Of a DNA stretch of 64,000 nt, positions 47,381 to 56,914 are shown piece by piece; within the stretch, counting starts at the first letter, position 1, and each line of letters opens with the position of its first letter. A program made the position numbers and the translations under genes. The notes below the pieces were generated by a model, which saw only the letters and a list, made by a program, of their open reading frames with translations, did no database searches and was not told the DNA's origin. Source of the stretch: an uncultured Chloroflexia bacterium (GTDB taxonomy: Bacteria > Chloroflexota > Limnocylindria > Limnocylindrales > CSP1-4); the NCBI GenBank assembly GCA_963707215.1, contig CAVPPB010000003.1, positions 256,001 to 320,000 on the forward strand, written 5' to 3'.

Positions 47381-48757
47381 ATGACCGAGCTCCTGACCGA
47401 ATCGTTCTGCGAGCGCTGCGGCACCCGCTACACCTTCCAGACGGCGGCGCCGAAGGGCGGTCGCGTGCGCTCCCTCAAGGTCCTCTCGAAGGGCCTGCGC
47501 AACTTCGTGGCGAGCGACGACATCTCGCTCTCGGACGCCTTCGCCGACGCTCGCTCGGACCAGGAGCGGGAGGCGTCGTCGCACCAGCTCGAGGCCTTCC
47601 ACCAGACCTTCAACTTCTGCCTGGATTGCCGGCAGTACACCTGCGGGAACTGCTGGAACGACGGCGACAATCGCTGCCTGACCTGCGCACCCGACCTGTC
47701 GCGCGACATCCTCCCCGCTGCCTTCCCGGCTCCGGTCGGCCAAGAGGCCGAGCCCGTCAGCGCGCCATCTGCAGCGCTCGAGGCAACCAGCTGGCCGAGC
47801 GCCGATCTCGAGCGTGAAGCACCCGCCGAAGGCGGACCAGCCGCGATCCTCGCCGCTGCGGCAGCCTCCCGAGCGCTCGAGGCAGGGACGGAGCCAGTGG
47901 TCGCCCCGGCCGCCGAGCCCGATGTGGTCGAGGCGGGGACGGAGCCCCAGGTGGCCGCCGCAGCCCAGGTGGAGGAGCCGGAGGCCGCCGCCGCGGGCGC
48001 TGCTGACGAGCCCGCCATGGCCGAGCCGGAGGCAGTGGCTGCCGAGCCGGAGGCAGTGGCCGCTGAGCCCGTTCCGGCGCCGACGATCGCTGCCGACGAG
48101 CCCGCTCGACAGCCCGAGACTGCCGCGCCGTCCACGCCCGCCGGGGCCGACGATCCGGAGGAGCGGGCCGCTGCGGCTGCCATCGGGACGACCGCCTTCC
48201 TTCGTCGCTTCCGACCGGGCGAGAGCCTCGACGCGGCGCTCGCCGAGTTCGAGGCCGGCGAGGCGGCGGGAGCACCCGAGCCGACGCCGGCGCAGGCCGC
48301 CCCGCCGGTCGCTCCCCCGGAGCCCGTCACGCCGCCCGCGGCCGCGGCAGCCGCGACACCACCGGCCGGGGCGCCCCAGGAGCCGACCGCCGCGCCCCGG
48401 GACGTGGTCGGCACACCGACCTGGCGGATCACGGCGCCGGACGGCGATGTCCCTGCCGCGGCCGCAGCAGGTGCCGCCTCCCCGGCGCCGGGCCAGGGGC
48501 CCGCTTCGCCGCCGGGAACCAGTCCGGCTTGGCCACCGCTCCCGCCTGGCACCGAGCCGTCATGGCCGGTGGCCCCGCAGTGGCCGCCGCGACCGGCCAC
48601 GCAGGCCGCCCTGGACCAGGACGCCATGTGGGCTGCGTCCAACCGCGAGGTCGCCAGCTCGCCGGCGCCCTCCGCCGTCCGCCCGTGCGTGAGCTGCGGT
48701 CTGTCGCTCTCCTCGACGGCCCGCTTCTGCCGCCGCTGCGGGTCGCCGCAGGGCTGA
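47381..48757 (+). CDS. Hypothetical multi-zinc-ribbon protein with long Pro/Ala/Glu-rich linker
   Basis: N-terminal CERC...CLDC-CGNCW-CLTC; C-terminal CVSC...CRRC; a TATACT -10 near 47322. Confidence 0.8.
   Translation: MTELLTESFCERCGTRYTFQTAAPKGGRVRSLKVLSKGLRNFVASDDISLSDAFADARSDQEREASSHQLEAFHQTFNFCLDCRQYTCGNCWNDGDNRCLTCAPDLSRDILPAAFPAPVGQEAEPVSAPSAALEATSWPSADLEREAPAEGGPAAILAAAAASRALEAGTEPVVAPAAEPDVVEAGTEPQVAAAAQVEEPEAAAAGAADEPAMAEPEAVAAEPEAVAAEPVPAPTIAADEPARQPETAAPSTPAGADDPEERAAAAAIGTTAFLRRFRPGESLDAALAEFEAGEAAGAPEPTPAQAAPPVAPPEPVTPPAAAAAATPPAGAPQEPTAAPRDVVGTPTWRITAPDGDVPAAAAAGAASPAPGQGPASPPGTSPAWPPLPPGTEPSWPVAPQWPPRPATQAALDQDAMWAASNREVASSPAPSAVRPCVSCGLSLSSTARFCRRCGSPQG
48020..48068 (+). repeat. 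21-bp tandem coding repeat (AEPEAVA)
   Basis: gccgagccggaggcagtggct followed by gccgagccggaggcagtggcc and a partial third copy. Confidence 0.7.
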
Positions 48758-48806
48758 CCCGGGGCTCGGGCCGCCGATCACTCGGTCGGCTCGGAGACTG
48801 TTCAGC

Positions 48807-49784
48807 CTAGGGGGCGCCGGCCTCGGTCCCGGGCGGCTCGTCGGCTCGCTGCGTCACCGGCGCCGCGGGGACGTCCGGGCGACGCAGGTCACCGGCCGGC
48901 CAGGGGATCTCCGAGCGCGGCGGCCAACCGAACGCGCGCATCCCCGTCCAGACCATGCCGAGCACGACGACCTGGGTCGTCAGCTGGAGCCAGACGAGCA
49001 GGATGAAGATCGCCGAGATCGCCCCGTAGAGCGACGCGGTGCCGGCCACGAGCGGGCCGAGGAAGGCGAAGACCTGGGTCAGGATCGCGATGGCCAGGCC
49101 GGCCAGCACCGCGGGGAGCCACACGTCGGCGACGGTCGGGCGACGCTGCGGGATGGTCCGGTAGGCGATCCCCAGGGCCAGCGCGGCGATGATCGTCGTC
49201 AGGATGGGTGCGAGCGCCCGGATCGACCCAAGATCCACGAACGGCTGGACCCAGTCGGCCACCACCGTCCAGGCGACGATGGCGCCGAACGAGACGATCC
49301 CGATCGCCAGCGCCGCCGCCATCACGCCGACCACCCCGATGACCGCTCGTCGGAAGGGATCGCGCCGCTGTTCCTCGCCGAGCACCACCGCGAAGACGAC
49401 CTCGAGGGTCTGGAAGAAGCCGCTCGCGCCCCACAGCAGCCCGATGAGGCCGATGATGCCGAATGCGGCGGCCCCGTCGGCCAGGACGTCGACCGTGTCG
49501 GTGATCAGGCTCTGGAGCGGCGGGACCAGGTCCTGGATGAGCTCCAGGATCCGCTCCTGGAGGCGCGGATCGCGGACCACGAAGCCGATGCCAGCGACCA
49601 CGAGGAGCAGCCCGGGCAGGAGCGCGAAGAGCGCCCGGGTCGCCAGCCCGGCGGACAGGACGGGCCCGCCGACCCTGCCGAAGCGATCGAACACGATGGC
49701 GACCTGCCGGACGATCGCGATCCGGAAGACCCGGTCGACAAGGGGAACGGCGTGCCGAAGGAGCCGATCGATGAGCCCGGCCAC
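48807..49784 (-). CDS. YihY/virulence factor BrkB family membrane protein
   Basis: LFALLP, LLWGASG, YRTIP, YGAISAIFILLVWL. Confidence 0.85.
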   Translation of the reverse strand: MAGLIDRLLRHAVPLVDRVFRIAIVRQVAIVFDRFGRVGGPVLSAGLATRALFALLPGLLLVVAGIGFVVRDPRLQERILELIQDLVPPLQSLITDTVDVLADGAAAFGIIGLIGLLWGASGFFQTLEVVFAVVLGEEQRRDPFRRAVIGVVGVMAAALAIGIVSFGAIVAWTVVADWVQPFVDLGSIRALAPILTTIIAALALGIAYRTIPQRRPTVADVWLPAVLAGLAIAILTQVFAFLGPLVAGTASLYGAISAIFILLVWLQLTTQVVVLGMVWTGMRAFGWPPRSEIPWPAGDLRRPDVPAAPVTQRADEPPGTEAGAP

Positions 49785-49794
49785 GGCGAACGCG

Positions 49795-50028
49795 TCAGAG
49801 CTCTTCGAATAGGCCGGGCTGGACGTCCTCGGCGCGGACCCGGCGGCGGGGAACGACGAGCGCGCGGATCTCGCCCCGGCGCACGAAGCGCCGGCCGCCC
49901 AGCTTGATGCTCGAGAGCTTGCCCGACCGCGCCCAGGCCCCGATCGTGCTCGGCCGGAAGTGGACGTTGGCGGCCGCCAGCATCTCGGATGCCTCGGCCA
50001 GGGTGATCCAGTCGGCTGCGGACGGCAT
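49795..50028 (-). CDS. Small excisionase/BldC-like (MerR-type) HTH protein
   Basis: Last 77 aa of the long ORF: WITLAEASEML...STIGAWARSGKL...KLGGRRFV. GGCGG upstream; packed tightly behind the FmdB gene. Confidence 0.8.
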   Translation of the reverse strand: MPSAADWITLAEASEMLAAANVHFRPSTIGAWARSGKLSSIKLGGRRFVRRGEIRALVVPRRRVRAEDVQPGLFEEL

Positions 50029-50033
50029 CGCGG

Positions 50034-50375
50034 TCAATCGGCCGCCGCGCCGGCCGGTGACGGCCCGGTCGAGGCGCTGGAGGAGCCGTCGGACGTAGAT
50101 CCGGCGCTCGGGGTGGTCTCGGCCTTGGAGCCACTGTCGGGGGCCTTGCTCGACGAGCCCTTCGAGGTGCCGGACCGACCCGGGCTGGCGGTGGCTGACC
50201 TGTCCTTCTTGGCCCAGCCGGAACCCTTGAAGTGGATCACCGGCGGAACGAACGCCTTCTTCATCATGCCCTCCGTGCCGCACTGGGGGCAGGCGAGCGG
50301 GCCGTGGCCGTGGATCCCGTGGACGACCTCGGTCCGCTGGCCGCAGGCCGAGCACACGTAGTCGTAGATCGGCAT
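50034..50375 (-). CDS. FmdB family zinc-ribbon protein
   Basis: MPIYDYVCSACG...CPQCG...FKGSGW. Confidence 0.9.
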   Translation of the reverse strand: MPIYDYVCSACGQRTEVVHGIHGHGPLACPQCGTEGMMKKAFVPPVIHFKGSGWAKKDRSATASPGRSGTSKGSSSKAPDSGSKAETTPSAGSTSDGSSSASTGPSPAGAAAD

Positions 50376-50387
50376 CGCGGATCGACC

Positions 50388-51174
50388 TCAGCCGCGCAGC
50401 AGGCGCATGCCGCACTTGGGGCAGTAGAACGCCCGCTCGTGGGCCGACGCGAAGCCGCAGTGGGCACAGACCAGGCCACCGCGACCGGCGGCCGGCACCG
50501 GCCGCTCGACGGCCGTGATCCCGAGGGCCGAGCCGCTGGCCAGCACGTTCGTGAGCAGCCCTCCGAGGAGCCGCTGGCCGATCCGGTCGGTGTCGCCACG
50601 CGTCCCTCGGCCACCCCAGCCGACGACGGCCCGGACGACCATGTCGCCGGTGGCCTCGTCCCAGTGGCTGGCGACGCCGCCGACGACGGCGCTGTACTCG
50701 GGATAGCCGGACGTGTCGAGCTCGCCGTCGAGCAGGGCCAGGACCACCGTATCGAAAGCGAGGTCGATGGCGTCGATCGGTCTCGAGGACGAAGAGCCCG
50801 TGGCGGGTGATCGGCGAGTGCCCGTGGTGGGCGTTGAGCCACTGCATCGCCTCGGACGGCCGGACGATGGTCGGCATCGCCTGGCTGAACTCGATGGGGA
50901 GCGGCGGCACGAGCTCGATCTCGGACCTGGCCAGGCCGGACAGCATCGACGGCAGCTCGGCCGAGACGTTCGAACCGGCCCGCATCCGGACGCCGTCACT
51001 GGTCTTGCCGGCGTAGTAGAGACGGAGCTGGTGCTCCTGCGCGACGACCTCCTCGGGCAGGGCCACCGATGCCACGCCCGGCCTCGGCTGCGGCGCGCCC
51101 GGGGCCGCCGGGGCCGCCTCGCTGGTCGACCCGGCCTCCGGCGTGCTGCGGCGCTTCAGGAACTCGAGCGGCAC
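50388..51174 (-). CDS. Hypothetical protein with C-terminal zinc ribbon; one apparent frameshift near 50780
   Basis: VPLEFLKRR...GLFVLET in one frame continues as IDAIDLAFD...CAHCG...CPKCG in another. A TACGAT -10 lies near 51212. Confidence 0.65.
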
Positions 51175-51257
51175 GGACAGGACCCCCGTCGTGATGGGAT
51201 GACCGTCGTATCGTACCAGCGAGCCACGGGCCGCTCCGCTGCGCTCGCGCCCCTGGT

Positions 51258-53351
51258 TCACGAACCCGGGAGGGCGCCACCTCCACGCCCGGTCGGTCGA
51301 CCTCTCGCGGCGAGCGCGGGGTCGGCCCCACGAGCCAGGCGGCCCCGTATGGCTCCATCGGGAGATCGCGATCGATCCGGACCGGCGCATCGTCGGACAG
51401 GCGATCCATCGTCGCCGCGGGGACGAGGGCCGCGATCTTCGCCGACGGGATGTCCAGGGGCCGCTCGGCGAAGCTGTGGATCGCCAGCAGGTCTCCGTGG
51501 GGGTGGCGACGGACGGAAAGCGAAGGGCCGGCGATCGCCCAGGCTCCACCACCTCGAGCGGTGCGGCAGCGTGGAGTTGGGCGGTCCGCGATCGGGCCGC
51601 GATCCGGGCCCTGATGCCCGCGAAGACACGGCCTGCGACCGACGAGGGATCGTGACGCTCCTTCGCCGCCTGCCAGTCCATCCGTGGCCGATGGATCCAT
51701 CGAGCGTCGTCGGCAAGACCAGGAACGGCCCGGTAGGACCCGTCGTTGCGCAACCCGATCTCGTCGCCCATGTACAGGAGCGGCAGACCGTCCCAGCCCA
51801 GGATCAGGGTGTGGCCGAGCAGGATGCGCCGGATCGCCAGGTCCAGCGCCCGGGATCGCCAGTCTCGAGCGCCGCCTCGACGCCCGCGAGGCTGGCGCAG
51901 GTCCCGCAGATCCGACGGTCGCCGGTGGACGGGTTCGTCCTGGAAGACGATCCCCCGGGCGAACGAGCCCTGGAAGGCGCCCCCGTAGAAGTCGCTGAGG
52001 AACGCGCGGTGCCCCGGGCCGGTCCATCCGACCCGCTCGGCGTCATCGTCGGCGATCGCCCAGCCGATGTCGTCGTGACAGCGGACATACGTGCCCCAGG
52101 CCGTGGTTCGGCGGCTTCGCGGGGAACTCGCCGAGGGCCACGCGCGTGGCAGGCTCGGTGTCGCGGGTCGCGAGGGAGGACCAGAACTGGACCATGAGGC
52201 TGTTCTGGTAGGCCAGGTCGGAGACACGCCCGAGGTGGCGGCCCACGCCGAGGTAAGCGACGAGATCGTCGGGCCCGACGATCGCCTCGGCCTTGAAGAC
52301 GACCGCCGGCGCGACGATCCGGCGCACGCCCGGAGCGCCTGGAGGAGATCGTGGACCTCGGGCTGGTTCTGGCAGTCGGTCCCGAGGCGCTTCCACAGGA
52401 AGGCGACGGCATCGAGCCGGAAGGCGTCAACGCCCACGGCGGCGAGGCTGAGCAGGATGTCGAGCATCTCCTCGAAGACCCGCGGGTTCGACCAGTCCAG
52501 GTCCCACTGGTACTCGTTGAAGGTCGTCCAGACCCATCGCCCGTCCGCCAGCCGGGTGAAGTTGCCCGGGCGAAGTCCGGGAACACCTCCGGCAAGGTGC
52601 GCTCGAAGGCGATCGGGCTCGGACCGATCCGGGAAGATGTAGAACATCGCCGAGGCCGTCGGGTCGCCGGCTCGGCGGCGGCCGCGCCCACGGGTGCTCG
52701 GCAGCGCAGTGGTTGAGGACCAGGTCGATGCAGAGGCTGATCCTCGTTCCTGCGGAGCGGTCCGTGCAGACCACCTCGAGGTCGTCCATCGTCCCGAGTG
52801 CCGGCTCGACCTCCGGTAGTCGGCCACGGCGTACCCACCGTCGTTCGACCCGGGCGGGTCCGGAGCAGCGGCATCAGGTGCAGGTAGCGGACGCCCAGCT
52901 CCGCGCAGGTAGTCGACGTGATCCAGCGACGCCGGCGCAGCGTCGCCCGCGAAGCGGTCCACGTAGCAGACGTACCCGATCATCCCGGGCTCCTGGAACC
53001 AGTCGGGCTCCAGACCGCTGCGGAGGTCAGTGGACGACGAGGTCCTCGGATCGGTCCGCGATAGCGGCGCGACGAGCAGGTCGACGAGGCGGTCGATCCA
53101 GCTGACGAAGTCCTCGCGGCGTGGCGCCGTGACGGCCGGGCCAGCCCGTCGGCCAGGTCGGCCCAGTAGTGCTGGAGCCGAAGTCAGGAACAGGTCCGCA
53201 TCCCGGGGGGCATCCCGCCGAGGCCGTTCGCGGGCGCGGGCAAGGCCCGACCGCGGCAGGTCGATCCTGCCTCGGTGGGCCGGCGCGCGGCGTGGTCACG
53301 GGTCACGCCGTGCTCCGCTGTCCTGCGACGACCCGTGCGCGGACCCGTCAT
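51258..53351 (-). CDS. GH13 amylosucrase/sucrose hydrolase-like, with many apparent frameshifts; ends approximate
   Basis: Fragments in different frames: [70 protein letters not shown]. Confidence 0.75.
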
Positions 53352-54203
53352 CCCTTGACCGAGCCGGCGCAGCAGCCCGCGTACGAAGTAGCGCTGCAGG
53401 CCCGAGGAACACGAGCACCGGCACGATCATCGAGACGAAGGCACCGGCGGTGAGCAGCTGCCAGTCCTGGCCGCGGGAGCCGGTCAGGTCGTCACCAGCC
53501 GCTGGGTCATGACGGCGACATCCTGATCGGTGCCCAGGAAGGTCGTCGCCACCAGCAGGTCGTTCCAGACCCACAGGAACTGGAAGATGGCGAAGGAGGC
53601 CAGGGCCGGCACCGAGAGCGGCAGGATCAGCCGGACGAAGATCGAGAAGTGGGAGGCGCCGTCGATCTGAGGCCGACTCGATCAGGTCCTTCGGGCAGCT
53701 GGCTGATGTAGTTGTAGAGCAGGTACGTCGCAAGGGCGAGGCCGAAACCGGCGTGGGCCAGCCAGACCGCCAGGAACGTCCCGTTGAGGTCGATCGCCAG
53801 GTAGGCCCGGAGCACCGGGATCAGGGCGATCTGCAGCGGCACCACCAGCAGCGCGACCACGATGATGAACAGCACGCGACGACCCGGAAACTGCGAGCCA
53901 GGCAAATCCGTAGGCGGCGAAGGCGGCGATCAGGATCGGGATCACGACGGCCGGGATCGTGACGGCGAGGGTGTTCAGGAACGCCGTCGCCCATGCCGTG
54001 CTGCCGAACAGGACCTCCTCGTAGTTGTCGAGCGTGAAGGCGCCCTGCGGGTCGGTGAACACGGTCCACCAACCTGAGTTGGAGATGGCGTCCTTGGAGC
54101 GGAAGGAGGTGATGAAGAGACCGAGCGTCGGGACGGTCCAGATGACGACGAGGCCGATGACCACGAGGTTGATGGCCACTCGCGACCACTTGATGGATTT
54201 CAT
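53348..54203 (-). CDS. Carbohydrate ABC transporter permease (AglG/MalG-like), with apparent frameshifts
   Basis: TLDNY, AAYGFAW|FPGRR, EAA loop KDLIESA..DGA, FQFLWVWNDLL, QRYFVRG spread over several frames. Confidence 0.75.
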
Positions 54204-54213
54204 GGCATCCCCC

Positions 54214-55344
54214 TCAGATCGCCCGACCGCGGAACTGGCGGAGGTTCCACCAGATGACCGGGGTCACGGCGACCAGCAGGATGATCGGCCAAGGCGGCGC
54301 CGCGGCCTGGTCGAAGAAGGTGAAGGCCTGCTTCCACATGAGCGTCGCGATGACCTCGGTGTTGAAGTTGCCGTCGGTCATCGCTGTGACGATGTCGTAG
54401 ATCTTCAGGGTGAGGATCGCGATCGTCGTCGCGACGGTCACGATCGTCGGCCAGATCGTCGGGACGATGATCGAGCGGAAGATCTGCCACTCGCTGGCAC
54501 CGTCGATCCGGCCTGCCTCGATGATCTCATCGGGCACGCCCTTGAGAGCGGCCGCGATGATGACCATGGCGAACCCCGTCTGGCCCCAGATGAGGATGAC
54601 GACGAGCAGGAACGTATTCAGCGGCTCGCCCGTCAGCCATGAGACGGGACCCAGGCCGAACGACCCCAGGATCGCGTTCAGCAGACCGATCTGGGTCTCG
54701 CCGGCCGGCTGGTACGAGTACACGAAGCGCCAGATGACGCTGGCGCCCACGAACGAGATCGCCATCGGCAGGAAGATCAGTGTCTTCGCCAGCCGATCGA
54801 GGCGCGACCGCTCGACCAGGACGGCGATCGCCAGGCCCAGTCCGGTGCTGAACAGCGTGCCCACGACGAGCCAGATGATGTTGTTGCGGATCGCCGTGAC
54901 CATCGCCGGGTTGGTGAACGAGTATTCGTAGTTCGCCAGCCCCACGAACTCGCTGCCGGTCGCGTTGAAGAGACTGCCCCAGGCCGTCAGGACGGCCGGG
55001 ACGAGCAGGTAGAAGGCGAGGATCGCGATCGCCGGGCCGACGAAGACGAAGGGCAGGATGCGGCCCTGCCAGCCTCCGGGAAGCTTGGCGGTCAGCCAGT
55101 TCGCGATGACGTACAGCATGGCGACGCCGCCGATGCCCCAGACGATCGCGACGCCGACGATGACGACTTTCGGAGCGCCGCTGTCCTTAAGGAAGAGGAA
55201 GCCCGCCCACAGGACGATGAACGCCACGATCGGCACGAAGACCGAGACGAGGACCCGGCCAGCTCCGGTCGCGAGGCTCTGGGCGATGCCTCCGCCCACG
55301 GGGGTCGTCGGGGTCCCAGCGGGTGGTGCTCCAGCCTGTTGCAT
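54214..55344 (-). CDS. Carbohydrate ABC transporter permease (AglF/MalF-like)
   Basis: FVGLANY, LPMAISFVGA, QTGFAM, EAGRIDGA; GGAGG RBS before the ATG at 55344. Confidence 0.88.
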   Translation of the reverse strand: MQQAGAPPAGTPTTPVGGGIAQSLATGAGRVLVSVFVPIVAFIVLWAGFLFLKDSGAPKVVIVGVAIVWGIGGVAMLYVIANWLTAKLPGGWQGRILPFVFVGPAIAILAFYLLVPAVLTAWGSLFNATGSEFVGLANYEYSFTNPAMVTAIRNNIIWLVVGTLFSTGLGLAIAVLVERSRLDRLAKTLIFLPMAISFVGASVIWRFVYSYQPAGETQIGLLNAILGSFGLGPVSWLTGEPLNTFLLVVILIWGQTGFAMVIIAAALKGVPDEIIEAGRIDGASEWQIFRSIIVPTIWPTIVTVATTIAILTLKIYDIVTAMTDGNFNTEVIATLMWKQAFTFFDQAAAPPWPIILLVAVTPVIWWNLRQFRGRAI

Positions 55345-55382
55345 CCCTGGCACTCCTCCCTCCAGCGGCTCCTAGAGGCACA

Positions 55383-55410
55383 TGGCGGAGCCGGTCGCCC
55401 GGCTCCGCCA
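55383..55410 (-). terminator. Stem-loop between binding-protein and permease genes (mRNA stabiliser or partial terminator)
   Basis: 12-bp perfect stem tggcggagccgg-tcgc-ccggctccgcca with no U-tract. Confidence 0.6.
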
Positions 55411-55429
55411 CATGGTCAGGTGTCGCTGC

Positions 55430-56731
55430 CTATTCCCAGCTGGCCTCGATGTTGGCCAGCGTCGTGTCGAGGTCCTGGCTGCCGGTCAACAGCTTGATGG
55501 GCTCCGACCAGAAGGTCCCCTGGCCGACGGCCGCTGGCATGGCGTCCGCTCCGTCGAAGCGGACGAACGACGCGTCCACGATCGACTGGGCGTAGCCACG
55601 GTCCAGCTCGGTCGAGTACAGGGACAGGTCCTGGGTCTTGTAGGGGAAGAGCGCACCTCCGGCCTGCTGCCAGGACTCGCCGGACTCAGGCGTCGAGAGG
55701 TACTCGAGGAATGCCCAGATCTCCGGCCGGTCGGCGAACGCGACCGCCTGGTCGCCGCCGACCATCGCCGGGGTGCCGATGGCGCTGTCGATCTCCGGTA
55801 GCGCGAACACGCCGACCTGGTTGTCGAGATCGGCCTGGACATCCTCGGGGAAGAACGTGGTGATGAAGTTGCCCTGGTTAGTGAGGTTGCACTTCGGCGG
55901 GTCACCGAAGGCGGCCTTCGGCGCCTCGCCGAAGTTCGTCTGGACGATGTACTCCGGACCGCCGTACACGTAGTCGGGGTCGGTCCAGATGTCGGCGACG
56001 ATCTGGAAGGCTTCCTTGACGGCGGGATCCGTGAAGGACAGCTCTCCGGCGACCCACTGGTCATAGCCCTCCGCGCCGACGGTGCGGAGCATCACGAGCT
56101 CGACCCAGTCGGTGAATGGCCAGCCGGTGCCGGCCCCGCTTTCGATGCCGATGCACCACGGCGGCGTCCCGTCGGCCGCCATCTGGTCCATCAGCGCGGT
56201 CATCTCGTCCCAGGTCGCCGGAGCCGAGTAGCCAGCGGCATCCCAGGTGGCCTTCTGATAGAAGACGAGGCCCTTGAGATTGACCCGATGGAAGACCCCG
56301 TAGACCTTCCCGTCGTCGGCGGTGCCGACGTCCTTCCAACCGGGACCGTAGTTCTCGTCGATCGAGGCCACGATGTCGGCCGGCAGCGGGAAGATCGCCC
56401 CCTGTGAAGCGTAGTTCTTCATCCCGCCCGGCTGGGGCAGCATGCCGACGTCCGGCGGGTTGCCCGCCTGGACCTGCACGTTCAGCTGCTGCTCGAAGCT
56501 CTTGTCGCCGTTGTAGACGACGTCCACCCCGGTCGCGTCCTCGAACGGCTTGACGGACTCCTCGAACCGCTCGGCCTCGGCGTCCACGAAGGCCCCGCCG
56601 ACCGTCACGGTCGTACCGCTGAGGTCCTGGTCGCCCCCACCGCCGCCCGGCTCCGAGGTCGCACCGCTATCGCCGCAGGCCGCAACGATGATCGCAAGCG
56701 CCGCGGCGATCGCCACCAATCGTCTGTGCAT
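55430..56731 (-). CDS. Alpha-glucoside ABC transporter substrate-binding lipoprotein (AglE-like)
   Basis: Lipobox VAAC; GNPPD...PQPG, WCIGIESG..TGWPFTDWVE, RFDGADAMP..VG...FW. Confidence 0.88.
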   Translation of the reverse strand: MHRRLVAIAAALAIIVAACGDSGATSEPGGGGGDQDLSGTTVTVGGAFVDAEAERFEESVKPFEDATGVDVVYNGDKSFEQQLNVQVQAGNPPDVGMLPQPGGMKNYASQGAIFPLPADIVASIDENYGPGWKDVGTADDGKVYGVFHRVNLKGLVFYQKATWDAAGYSAPATWDEMTALMDQMAADGTPPWCIGIESGAGTGWPFTDWVELVMLRTVGAEGYDQWVAGELSFTDPAVKEAFQIVADIWTDPDYVYGGPEYIVQTNFGEAPKAAFGDPPKCNLTNQGNFITTFFPEDVQADLDNQVGVFALPEIDSAIGTPAMVGGDQAVAFADRPEIWAFLEYLSTPESGESWQQAGGALFPYKTQDLSLYSTELDRGYAQSIVDASFVRFDGADAMPAAVGQGTFWSEPIKLLTGSQDLDTTLANIEASWE

Positions 56732-56769
56732 GGGTTCCTCCACTGTCCTAGCACGCCCGCGAGCGGGCT

Positions 56770-56785
56770 GTGGAACCGGTTCCAC
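56770..56785. promoter_or_regulatory. LacI-family operator O1
   Basis: Perfect palindrome GTGGAACCGGTTCCAC with central CG, upstream of the ABC operon. Confidence 0.85.
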
Positions 56786-56813
56786 TCCAGTGCGGCGCCA
56801 TCCTAGCAGGTCA

Positions 56814-56827
56814 TGGAACCGATTCCA
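56814..56827. promoter_or_regulatory. LacI-family operator O2
   Basis: TGGAACCGATTCCA, one mismatch from O1; an extended -10 TGcTAGGAT (56808-56800, minus strand) lies between the two. Confidence 0.8.
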
Positions 56828-56914
56828 ACCCGGCGCTCACGAGGGTCCGCCGCGGGCGTCGACCGGATCCGGCCGGCCGGGCTAGGCGCCGGACCCGGGG
56901 CCGGTCGGCGACGG

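Noticed and set aside
49795-50028. Excisionase-like gene as a sign of a prophage or ICE
   Set aside because: No integrase, tRNA/att site, phage genes or evident compositional shift nearby.
49795-52983. 1062-aa ORF as a novel glycosidase-HTH fusion
   Set aside because: It is a chance chimera of amylosucrase fragments, the zinc-ribbon gene N-terminus and the HTH gene, joined by indels and off-frame sequence.
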